Shown here: positions 36,380-44,784 of the stretch, one piece after another
How the letters are laid out: each line of letters starts with the position of its first letter
Numbering within the stretch: position 1 is the stretch's first letter
NCBI GenBank assembly: GCA_964454965.1
Contig: CAYVXY010000002.1
Location: forward strand, 49,426-113,425
Source: an uncultured Polyangiaceae bacterium
GTDB taxonomy: Bacteria; Myxococcota_A; Polyangia; Polyangiales; Polyangiaceae
Direction: 5' to 3'
Length of the DNA: 64,000 bases
Translations under genes and position numbers: made by a program
Notes under the pieces: generated by a model
Seen by the model: the letters and a program-made list of their open reading frames with translations, nothing else
The model's database searches: none
Told to the model about the DNA's origin: nothing

Positions 36380-37059
36380 TGTTCAATTACCGTGCTAAGG
36401 GTTGAGGTTTCAACGGGCAACCAATGCAGAAGTAGCTCTCTGGCGCGGGGATCACGCGTTGCGCTGATGGCGCGCACGATGCCAAGCCGCGCCAGTTCAT
36501 CGAGCTCAGTCGTGTACACCTTTTTGACGTATGAAAATTGCTCGGCAAGCGCGACTTTGTCGGCGACATCTTCGAGGACTTGTGCAGCAACGCGGACAAC
36601 GTCGCGCTCAGGCGCGGCTTCGATCAGCCGGAGCGCACCCCAGACTTCTGCGCGCTTTCGCATCTCGCTGGCGAGGCGCATGAGGTCTTGCTGGGCGCTT
36701 GCCAGGCCATTGGAAGCTCGAACACACAAGCGGTCTGTCATGCTGGCCGGCAGCTGCACATCATCGAGTACCAATACGAAACGCGGTGCCCACCGTCGGC
36801 CGGCAATGGCCCATTCCTCTTGGCACCAAGAGGACGCAACGCTCTCTCGCGTCGCCACGAATAGGAGGCATTCGAATGCAACGTTTCGCAAGCGCGATGC
36901 CAATGCCACGCCTGGCTCAAACGGGTCGACACACAGGGTGATGTCCACAGCTGCAAATGTCGTTGTCACCAACTGACCGATGGGCATTTGACGCCAGGTG
37001 CAGTCCCCCGAGCGAGCACCTTTGACGCACTTGTGCGAAACGAAACACGTGTAGGGCAC
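36352..37059 (-). CDS. TIR-domain protein with C-terminal HEAT-like repeats
   Basis: GTG 37059 with a GAGGGA SD 7 nt upstream. The TIR-like blocks are YTCFVSH, VDPFEPG and LLFVATRESVASSWCQEEW (the S.WC..E motif). The C-terminal HEAT-like stretch includes RLGIVRAISATRDPRARELLLHWL. Confidence 0.7.
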   Translation of the reverse strand: MPYTCFVSHKCVKGARSGDCTWRQMPIGQLVTTTFAAVDITLCVDPFEPGVALASRLRNVAFECLLFVATRESVASSWCQEEWAIAGRRWAPRFVLVLDDVQLPASMTDRLCVRASNGLASAQQDLMRLASEMRKRAEVWGALRLIEAAPERDVVRVAAQVLEDVADKVALAEQFSYVKKVYTTELDELARLGIVRAISATRDPRARELLLHWLPVETSTLSTVIEQCLTHLPIG

Positions 37060-37217
37060 AGCCGAATTCCCTCACTACCGCGCCGGAGGATAATCGCGTA
37101 ATGGGCTCGATATCAACACATCTTCGGTCGGACACGGCCGCCAGTCCGATGACGGTTGATCAAACACGGTGACTTGAATGCTCGCAGCCCTTGGCGCCGC
37201 GACTATCAATTAAGGTG

Positions 37218-38756
37218 CTACTCGGGTGGACGCAATTTCGCACTGTCGCTGTAACTCACTATTCGAAGTGACGACTCACCCAAGTGCTTATGCGTAGCTC
37301 CTGTCGGATCACATCCTGCTTTGGGGTGTTCCACCAGATGGCGACGGAAGTCATCCCACAGCGCTGATAGGAATCGACTAGCCATCAAGTGCGCTCCGCG
37401 TTCGTTGAGATGGTGATCGTCAATGGCAAGACCTTTGGAACGGAACCGTCCCATTGAGTCTTGACCACCCATGGCTTGATACAGGTTGTAGAACGCGACT
37501 CCGTTCTGCAACGCGACCCTACGGAGGGACTCAACCACACGCGCGATGGCAGGATCCGAGTGGGGAGCGTCAAATTTACGCTGGATGTCTGGTGGAGCGA
37601 TCATGATCAGAGCCTGGCCAGGGTGCACCTGCCGACGCCGCGTCATGATGAGCCCCACGTCTTGGCCGTAGGTATCGCTAAAGTGAGTGTTGGCTCCGAA
37701 CCAGTAAGCGAGAAGCGCGTGGGGACGCAGTACGCCCGTTTCCCGCGCAGTCTCTGGATCTTCTTGGGTGAGCGCGCGGTAGTAAGCGCCGCCAATGCCG
37801 AAGCTATCTACGACGAAGCCTTTTGTGTTGCGTTCGAGCGCCGCTCCAAGCAGTCGAGTTGGACGGTTGGAAGTCGTGACGATTTCGAGGCGATGCGGCC
37901 CCTCGGCGAAGGAGAATTCGCGTGCCGCGACGTGGCGCTCAGCAGCATCAGTGTTCACCGGGCCAATAGGAGCGCCGTCCAGCAAGACATCGAAGGCGCC
38001 ACCGCCAGGTTGAGTCAGAAAGTAGATCGTTGCCCGATCCACAGTTGTCCCAATTGGCGACCCAGCAGGCGCGGTTGCCAAGAGAATGCGCGCGTTGGCA
38101 AGATATCCTTCGGCAGTGATCCCCGAAAGCCCGTACCGCTTATCAGGCGCTTGGGGACTGGACATGGCCCACACATGCCAGCCAAAGGCGGGCAGCTCCT
38201 GCACCACGTCGATATGCCGATACCATGGCCACGGGCGACCAACTGCGAGGAACCCATGTCCTGCGTCGCCGTAGCGCAGCTGCAGGGAGCGTCTCAGACT
38301 TGAGGTAAAGAAGTCACGCGTCAAGTTGGAGTCACCGTAGACACCGATCCGCAGCGGTTCGGGTCTACCACGACGCAGCATCCGCGCTGCCTGCTCATAG
38401 AAGTCCGCCAGCGCCGATCCGTTTTCGATCGGCGGTGCTAAAAATGTTGGTTGTGCAACAGGCTCAACTGGGAATGGCTCCAATGAAAGCGCAGGACAAT
38501 TCTCGTGGAGCTGAGGCGCCAGCGGCGCAACAGCGGGGGCACTGCCAATCGGAGTCGTGTTTGGCAGAACCGGCGTATTGGGCAAAGCCGCCGCCGTGTT
38601 TGGCGAAGGCGCCGTCTCAGTGGTAAGCGCACGGACATTCAGTGCATTGGTGTTGTGCAGAGCCACTGGAGGCGCTGCGCAGGTGGTGCCCACGGCGGCC
38701 AGCGCCACGGTCCATAGCTTTGGACCGATGGTGAACTGGGGCGACTCGAACCGCAT
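37218..38756 (-). CDS. SGNH/GDSL-family hydrolase, secreted
   Basis: ATG 38756 (the ORF extends to TTG 38786). Signal-like MRFESPQFTIGPKLWTVALAAVGTTCAAPP, then a Pro/Ala/Asn/Thr linker. Block I is RIGVYGDSNL; block V is IDDHHLNERGAHL. Confidence 0.8.
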   Translation of the reverse strand: MRFESPQFTIGPKLWTVALAAVGTTCAAPPVALHNTNALNVRALTTETAPSPNTAAALPNTPVLPNTTPIGSAPAVAPLAPQLHENCPALSLEPFPVEPVAQPTFLAPPIENGSALADFYEQAARMLRRGRPEPLRIGVYGDSNLTRDFFTSSLRRSLQLRYGDAGHGFLAVGRPWPWYRHIDVVQELPAFGWHVWAMSSPQAPDKRYGLSGITAEGYLANARILLATAPAGSPIGTTVDRATIYFLTQPGGGAFDVLLDGAPIGPVNTDAAERHVAAREFSFAEGPHRLEIVTTSNRPTRLLGAALERNTKGFVVDSFGIGGAYYRALTQEDPETARETGVLRPHALLAYWFGANTHFSDTYGQDVGLIMTRRRQVHPGQALIMIAPPDIQRKFDAPHSDPAIARVVESLRRVALQNGVAFYNLYQAMGGQDSMGRFRSKGLAIDDHHLNERGAHLMASRFLSALWDDFRRHLVEHPKAGCDPTGATHKHLGESSLRIVSYSDSAKLRPPE

Positions 38757-38784
38757 GCGGGAACTTGACACGACCCGCGCAGGC

Positions 38785-39038
38785 AAGCTTGCTCCTGACG
38801 CGGGAAGCTTGATCTCCGGGTTTGGAAGCTTTCCCCACAGCCTATTTGGGCTGGATCCGCAAATTCACCGTTTGGCCGCCGTCCAGACCATCCAGGATCC
38901 AGCAGAAAATAGGCACCGTCCCCGGGGGGAAGCTTCAGAGTTCAGAAACCAAGCTTCCAAACTCGCGAACCAAGCTTGCGGAACCGGGCGCAAGCTTCGC
39001 GACCGGTGCACCAGGCTTCAAAATCAGGCGCGAAGCTT
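38785..39038. repeat. Phased array of nine AAGCTT-centred sites (8 exact, 1 AGGCTT) with 20/21-bp spacing
   Basis: Sites start at 38785, 38805, 38826, then 38930, 38951, 38972, 38992, 39013 (AGGCTT) and 39033. Spacings are 20, 21, 104 (about 5 x 21), 21, 21, 20, 21, 20. Confidence 0.9.
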
Positions 39039-39342
39039 CAAAAACCGGATCCTTGAGATTGGGTAGTGCCATCGTGTCCATGCTCTGGCTTAGCGTGCTT
39101 AACGGAGGCGGCTTGCCATCGCGTCCATGGGACTTGTGCGGCGCGCACAGTGGGTAAGGGGCGGAAATCGTTGGTACTGGACCTGAGTCTGTTCAACGCG
39201 ATGGCCGCTCGGTAACCCATTTCGCGAAACCACGCCGCATGCGCCGACAGGCTGCTCAACTTGGTCGGCATCGACCGGGCGGTCGAGAACAAGGCTTGGC
39301 TTGGGTAAGACTCATCGACCGACACGCTCGCTCACCGGCATG

Positions 39343-39420
39343 GGGCGGAGAGAGCGCTTCCATTGGGCGGAGAGAGCGCTTCCATTGGGCGGAGAGAGCG
39401 CTTCCATTGGGCGGAGTGAG
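39343..39420. repeat. 22-bp tandem repeat, 3 perfect copies plus a degenerate partial copy
   Basis: GGGCGGAGAGAGCGCTTCCATT at 39343-39364, 39365-39386 and 39387-39408, then GGGCGGAGTGAGTGG. Confidence 0.95.
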
Positions 39421-39445
39421 TGGTTGTTGGATTTTTGGTTGGGGA

Positions 39446-39535
39446 GGCGTGGTGACAGCCCTGCGCGCTGGTGGCGGCGTGGTTACAGCTCTGCGCGCTG
39501 GTGGCGGCGTGGTTACAGCCCTGCGCGCTGGTGAC
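39446..39535. repeat. 30-bp tandem repeat, 3 near-identical copies
   Basis: GGCGTGGT(G/T)ACAGC(C/T)CTGCGCGCTGGTG(G/A)C at 39446-39475, 39476-39505 and 39506-39535. Confidence 0.95.
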
Positions 39536-39986
39536 GGAGGATGCGGCGCGGAGGAATTGGTGCGGTAAAGTCGCGGGGAGTCACGATGGACGGTCGCGGG
39601 TAGAGCGCGCGTTTCCGCGATGACCAGAACCAAATCGCCACTGGTGAGCTTGCCACTCCCAGCCTACTGAATGCATGGTCGCGCTGCCCATGAACTATTC
39701 GGCGATCCCGAAGAGTTGGCGCTGGCTCCCTCTGCCGATACGAAACAGGGTGGCGGCCGCGAATAGCTGGCGTTCGCAACGGACAACCTTGCGCCGCGGT
39801 GTTGCAAGCGCCCATCGAAGCGTCGCAAGGCACGTGGACCGCAATGGGGAGCCATTGGCACGGGTTCCAAGCTGGCCGAACGACGCCTGCCAGCCTAACC
39901 GGGTGCCTGCTTCCCAAGGATTACGGCGGGACCTGTGCAATGCGACCGCGCGTCGTTCGTCACCAGCCGTGGTAGACTCGACGTTC

Positions 39987-40886
39987 ATGTCGACCGAGTA
40001 CGCAATCGAGACCTCCAAACCGTCGTTGTCACAATGCGAGTGCTGTGGCGGTCTCACCACTCGACTTACTCGGTTTGTGTACCGCGGGGGCGACGCATTC
40101 GCTGTCTACTACGCAATCTACTCGAACAGCCACCGCGAAAATGAAGTTGACATGTTAGTTTCGCTCGGCGAATGGGGCGAAGGTAGTGACCCGTCGCAAC
40201 GTGCCGCCTTCTATTGCCGAGTCCGCCCAAGCGAAAACTCCTACGACGTCAAGCTTGTCGACGCGGCGGAGTCACCTTGGAGCACAGTTGCTATCATGGG
40301 CCAAGAGCTTTCGCGCGCGGAAGCCCTCAGTCATCCGTGGAAGCAGACGGCGTTCGAAATACTCGACGAAGCGTTTCTACGTGACTGCTCCCTCCGCGGC
40401 TTCCTTCATCGCGTGGCGTGCGGAGATCCCGCTGTTCCACTGGAGCATAGCTTTGGCATGCCGGATGACGTCTTCGCCCTTGGTGACGAACGAAGTGAAC
40501 GGGCTGAGGTGCGTCGCAACTTCGCTTCACTCGATGGAAAGCGGTTCTTCGTTCGCTGTTTGCTACCCGTCCCCGTGGAAGATTATGGGACTTGGTCCAT
40601 TGGACTCTGGGTCGAGGTTTCGAAGGACAACTATGACCGAGTCTGGAGCGCCTGGGACACGCCAGAAGACTGGGTGCGCCTCCAATTTTCTGGATCCGTC
40701 GCTAACGATGGGGCGGAACTTGGCCTTCCCATCATATCTGGAACTACCGTACACGTGCACGCGCCAGACCCGAGCACGCCACTACATGTCGAGTCAGTGT
40801 CGAGCAGCGAACTGAGCACGTTTCTCTCCAAGACGTGGACCAAGGCGTCTTTCGAGAGTTACGCAGTCATTCGTGGTTTCTTGTGA
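39987..40886 (+). CDS. Hypothetical protein with a DUF2199-like C-terminal half
   Basis: ATG 39987 (MSTEYAIETSKPSLSQCECCGG...). The C-terminal half has DGKRFFVRCLLPVPVEDYGTWSIGLWVEVSKDNYDRVWSAWD...LQFSGSVAND, which resembles the DUF2199 pattern as I remember it. The upstream part of ORF 39675-40886 is probably not coding. Confidence 0.6.
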   Translation: MSTEYAIETSKPSLSQCECCGGLTTRLTRFVYRGGDAFAVYYAIYSNSHRENEVDMLVSLGEWGEGSDPSQRAAFYCRVRPSENSYDVKLVDAAESPWSTVAIMGQELSRAEALSHPWKQTAFEILDEAFLRDCSLRGFLHRVACGDPAVPLEHSFGMPDDVFALGDERSERAEVRRNFASLDGKRFFVRCLLPVPVEDYGTWSIGLWVEVSKDNYDRVWSAWDTPEDWVRLQFSGSVANDGAELGLPIISGTTVHVHAPDPSTPLHVESVSSSELSTFLSKTWTKASFESYAVIRGFL

Positions 40887-41316
40887 AGCTACGACCTGCG
40901 TACTCTCGAACTAGAAGCCGCCGCCCAGTTCACAACTGAACTTGACGGGCGCAGCGCCCGCAACTTAGGATGACTGAACTCGCTCGACAGTGTGTTGTGC
41001 TCACGCTTGACAGTGACTTTCGAACTTGTCGACGCAATCGTCGACGGGTCGTGCCCGCCACCTCTCCGGGTAAGGGCGGTGGCCAACTCCTGCTGAATTG
41101 TCGAACCCGCCGCGAGCGGCTGTCTTCCCACCTGACGGGTTCCGGTGATACTGTGCGGGCTGCGGGTTATTGCCGAACGTTGAGACTCGACGAACACACG
41201 AGCGGCTCGCTACGACGCAGCCGACGCCCGGAAGCGAAAGGATATGCGCAGCTGCTGGCCCCGCACACGCTCCGCAGCAGAGCGGCACCAAGAAGCGCCT
41301 CGACGCGTCTCTCCTT

Positions 41317-42945
41317 TCAGGGCAAAAGGTTCGAGTCAATCTCGAGATAGGTCAGCGTGGGGATGATGTCGCCGTTGAGGTACGCTGCCACGACTAATGT
41401 ATCACCGCGAGCCGCCATGACGACGTAACGGGACAGAGGAGACGACACTGCCCCGCCCAAGTCAAAACGGAAGTGAGTGAGTATGGGATCCGCCTCGGTG
41501 AGGCGGGCCACCACGAGCTCTGCCGTCCCGCTTCCGCTTGTCTCAGTCTGACTGCAGGTGTACGACGGCATCTCGCCAGAGCCAGTGGCTGTCTCCTGGA
41601 GCGCATAGGTACCCTCGGACGAGTACCGGACCCATGCAGCGAAAACCGTACCCGACTGAGTACGGGCCAGATCGAACCCAGAGACCGCTCCGGTCCGCTG
41701 CATGTTGCAGGTGACCATACCGGAACAGTGACCGCCATGCTCAGACGAGATTGGCACTGATGGACAGTCACTAGTGCCCGGGAAGTAGGCCGACTCAGGA
41801 AGCACGAGCGAAAGCCAACCGGAATCGGTTGTGGAGTTCCTCGAGAGCACGCGTATGCCATCACGGAACTTCGCTGCGACCGCTGGAAACGCCGCCGTAC
41901 CGTGAAGACCACCGGGGAGGAGCCGCAGAGGCGCTTCGCTTAAGGGCGCGTCACCCGTGACGTTCGCGAGCAGGTTCTGCGTGTCCCCGCTGGGGCTGCG
42001 GAGATAGAGCGGGCTGTCGCCAGAGCTTGTCGAGGAATTCCAAGCTACCCAAGGCCGCCTCTCGGCATCGGTCCCGACGACTGTTGACCACGCCTTTGTC
42101 GATGCGAAGGCCTGATCCGTCCAGCACGAACCGTCCCAGGTAGCCAGGTGCTGCTCAGTGTCAAACCAAGTGGAATACGTGAGATAGCCCAGCCCGTCGT
42201 CAACCATGCTGACATCGGTCAGGACCACGCCATAGTTGGGATCGTGCGAAGATACGACGGTGGCTCTCGCCCACCCAGCATCGGTCCCGCGAAGCGCGTC
42301 GATTCCAGGCGCTTGCCCAGCAAACAGCCATTTTGCTCCGCTCGAATTGCTCGAGAAAGCGCTATTCCGAATCGAGTAAATGGAGTCCCATCTGGTCGGA
42401 TTTGCCAAGGCCGGCACGTCCTGCACCCGACTGCCGGCCGCCTCTACCACCATGAGTCGAGCCAAGACTTTGAGTTCGCTATCGTCGGTCGTGACCATCA
42501 CTACGGCGCCGTCAGCAGTAGCAGATAGCCATGGCTTATCCGGGAGGTCCGCACAGGTGAGATCAAGCGCTTTGGTGATGGCACAATCCGTACCTCCGCA
42601 GGTGAGAGCAGGATCGATAGGCCTAGCCGCGATTTGGCAGTCCTTGGAAAGGGTGGGCGCTCCGACCTTCTGCTCGACGGGGCAGACCAAAGAAATCCCC
42701 GCGGTTCCCGCGACGCCGGCGCCTGCCACGCCGCCAGTGCCTGCCACGGCGCCGGCGCCTGCCGCACCGCCAGCGCCCGAGGGAACCTGGCCGCCCGCGC
42801 TGCCCTGATGCGCCGGCGAGCCCCCGGTGCCGCCTCCTGTTGAGCTTTGCCTCTCAGGGGATGCTTGCCCGCCGCAAGCAGACAGACTGAAGAGACTGAA
42901 GAGAGTCAAGACAAGCGGAGGAGAAGCGAGTTGATTGGTTCCCAT
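41317..42945 (-). CDS. Secreted lipoprotein, hypothetical
   Basis: ATG 42945 gives MGTNQLASPPLVLTLFSLFSLSACGG (lipobox), then a Gly/Ala/Ser linker and a ~470-aa globular region. No motif recognised. Confidence 0.7.
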   Translation of the reverse strand: MGTNQLASPPLVLTLFSLFSLSACGGQASPERQSSTGGGTGGSPAHQGSAGGQVPSGAGGAAGAGAVAGTGGVAGAGVAGTAGISLVCPVEQKVGAPTLSKDCQIAARPIDPALTCGGTDCAITKALDLTCADLPDKPWLSATADGAVVMVTTDDSELKVLARLMVVEAAGSRVQDVPALANPTRWDSIYSIRNSAFSSNSSGAKWLFAGQAPGIDALRGTDAGWARATVVSSHDPNYGVVLTDVSMVDDGLGYLTYSTWFDTEQHLATWDGSCWTDQAFASTKAWSTVVGTDAERRPWVAWNSSTSSGDSPLYLRSPSGDTQNLLANVTGDAPLSEAPLRLLPGGLHGTAAFPAVAAKFRDGIRVLSRNSTTDSGWLSLVLPESAYFPGTSDCPSVPISSEHGGHCSGMVTCNMQRTGAVSGFDLARTQSGTVFAAWVRYSSEGTYALQETATGSGEMPSYTCSQTETSGSGTAELVVARLTEADPILTHFRFDLGGAVSSPLSRYVVMAARGDTLVVAAYLNGDIIPTLTYLEIDSNLLP

Positions 42946-43237
42946 CGGCGGCAGCGAACCCGTACCACTCTTGCACGGGCCACGCTCGCGCATCAAGGTC
43001 CGTCGGAGGCACATTACTCACGCGAGAGCGACTGCCGCGTCCTCGGCGGAGTGGGGAAGGACGCAATCTAGCGATCGTGAGTCCAATCCGCAACAACCGA
43101 TACTCGTTCAGTCTAACTCAGCAAAGGTCCTGCCAGCCTGGTGGAGTGTCGGCGAGTGTCTTCCCACCGGACTCATTCCGGTGATACCTTGTGGACTTCA
43201 GGTTATAGCGTCATCCTTGGGCAGAGCAGGTTGCGAA

Positions 43238-44662
43238 GTGGCAAGCGCAGTGGACAACGAGCAAGAGTCAGGCGGGTCTAAACTGTGGCAGCTCAATGCA
43301 TGCCAGCAGGTCTCACTTGTCTCGTCTGGTCAAGTCACCTGCCGCGAGTTGATCGAAGCCCACCTGGCCCGGATTGCTGAGGTCAACCCTGTGATTGGCG
43401 CGATCACCTTCGCGTTGAATGAGTCAGCGCTTGCTGCCGCGGACCAAGCTGATCGCGCCGACAGTCGCGGACCATTGCTCGGGTTGCCTTTTACCATCAA
43501 GGAGGATATCGACTGCTTTGGTTCACCAACCACCCACGGAGTCCCCGCATTGCGCAACGCATTGCCCTACGTGGATGCTCCGATCGTCGCTCGAATGAAG
43601 GCCGCAGGGGCTATTCCGATCGGTCGCTCGAATCTTTCGGAGATGGGATTGCGCCTTTGCACCAGCAATCCCCTGCATGGGCGAACGCTCAACCCCTACG
43701 ATCGTCGGCTCACCGTTGGCGGTTCCAGTGGTGGCGATGCGGCTGCCGTTGCGACGGGCATGACTCCCGTTGGAATCGGAGGTGATCTTGGAGGATCCCT
43801 TCGGGTTCCCGCGGCCTGTTGCGGTTGCGTGGCAATCAAACCCACCACCGGCCGCGTCGCTTATGCATCGTCACTCGTACCGAGAGATCATGGACTTGCC
43901 ATGCAGCTCATGTTTTCAGCGGGTCCAATCGTCCGATCCGTCAGAGACCTACGTCTTTTGCTCCCGATTGTCTCAGGACGAGACATCCGGGACCCTCGGT
44001 CCGTGGACGTTCCGCTCGAATTTCCACTGCCAGAGGAGCCGGTCGCGGCCATCATTACCTCGATTCCGGGACTGACTCTCGATGCCTCGCTCGTTGAGGC
44101 GGTTCGACAAGCTGGTAAGCTTCTCGAAGCTGCCGGTTGGCAAGTCGAGGAGGCCGCACCGCCTGAAATCAACCGTGTAAATGAAGTATTCGGTAATCTT
44201 CTTGCATCAGACTTCGAAGTGCTTGCGCACCAAATTCATCCGATCATATCTGACGCGCTCTTTGAACATTTGATGCGGCTGTGTCGCGCAAGCTCGGCGC
44301 GCGGTCTTTCCCACGCCAAGCTACATTCCGAACGGGTGCGGTTGATTCGAGAGTGGTCAGGATTCTTTGCAGCCTATCCAATCATCGTAGGCCCGAACTT
44401 GACTCACCCCATCTGGCCAATTGATGCGGACTTGAATCCCGATACCGGTATCACCCTCATCGAGCAGGCGACGCAGTTCATAACCATTGGCAACGCGCTT
44501 GGTATTCCGTCGCTGGCGTTGCCAATGGGTGTTGCCGAGAGCCGCCCGCGAAGCGTCCTCATCTACGCAGACCTATGGCGCGAAGATCTTTGTATGCACG
44601 CCGCCGAAGCCATCGAAAGCGGCATGACCGGTACCCAGCCAATCGACCCGTACTGGCAATAG
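43238..44662 (+). CDS. Amidase (amidase-signature family)
   Basis: GGSSGGDAAAVATGMTPVGIGGDLGGSLRVPAACCGCVAIKPTTGRV, plus the upstream FTIKEDIDCFGSPTTHG. The start is uncertain: GTG 43238 is in frame, and the ATG-like start at 42935 would overlap the divergent gene. Confidence 0.8.
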   Translation: MASAVDNEQESGGSKLWQLNACQQVSLVSSGQVTCRELIEAHLARIAEVNPVIGAITFALNESALAAADQADRADSRGPLLGLPFTIKEDIDCFGSPTTHGVPALRNALPYVDAPIVARMKAAGAIPIGRSNLSEMGLRLCTSNPLHGRTLNPYDRRLTVGGSSGGDAAAVATGMTPVGIGGDLGGSLRVPAACCGCVAIKPTTGRVAYASSLVPRDHGLAMQLMFSAGPIVRSVRDLRLLLPIVSGRDIRDPRSVDVPLEFPLPEEPVAAIITSIPGLTLDASLVEAVRQAGKLLEAAGWQVEEAAPPEINRVNEVFGNLLASDFEVLAHQIHPIISDALFEHLMRLCRASSARGLSHAKLHSERVRLIREWSGFFAAYPIIVGPNLTHPIWPIDADLNPDTGITLIEQATQFITIGNALGIPSLALPMGVAESRPRSVLIYADLWREDLCMHAAEAIESGMTGTQPIDPYWQ

Positions 44663-44784
44663 CAGGCCCCAACTGCGCGGTTCGAACTCGGCCATGTCAC
44701 GCTCGCACTGTCAAGCGCCTGTCCACTCTTGCAGCCCGGTGCTGGTGACGAAAGCACCGAGCACCGGGAGGCGAATGCCAGAGT

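Noticed and set aside
38557-39066. 169-aa ORF across the AAGCTT array whose translation looks like a 7-residue (heptad) repeat
   Set aside because: The hexamer spacing alternates between 20 and 21 bp, so the motif falls in different codon phases and the apparent peptide repeat is not conserved. The 5' half of the ORF is antisense to the SGNH gene.
38785-39535. CRISPR array
   Set aside because: The 22-bp and 30-bp repeats are contiguous with no unique spacers. The AAGCTT units share only about 6-10 bp, and no cas genes are present in the window.
39239-39633. ORFs 39239-39568 (+) and 39256-39633 (-) containing decapeptide repeats
   Set aside because: Both must also read through the 22-bp (frame-rotating) repeats. 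They overlap each other on opposite strands and are Arg/Pro/Gly-rich, with no start context or homolog-like motif. The possibility is kept only as a caveat in the 30-bp repeat finding.
40927-40959. Two small hairpins (AGTTCA-caac-TGAACT and GGGCG-cag-CGCCC) between convergent genes as intrinsic terminators
   Set aside because: The stems are short and no U-tract follows. They are not convincing as rho-independent terminators.
42935-43237. N-terminal 100-aa extension of the amidase ORF
   Set aside because: It overlaps the 5' end of the divergent lipoprotein gene and its promoter region, and shows no amidase-like sequence. Amidase homology begins near ..KLWQLNACQQVSLVSSGQVTCRELIEAHL.
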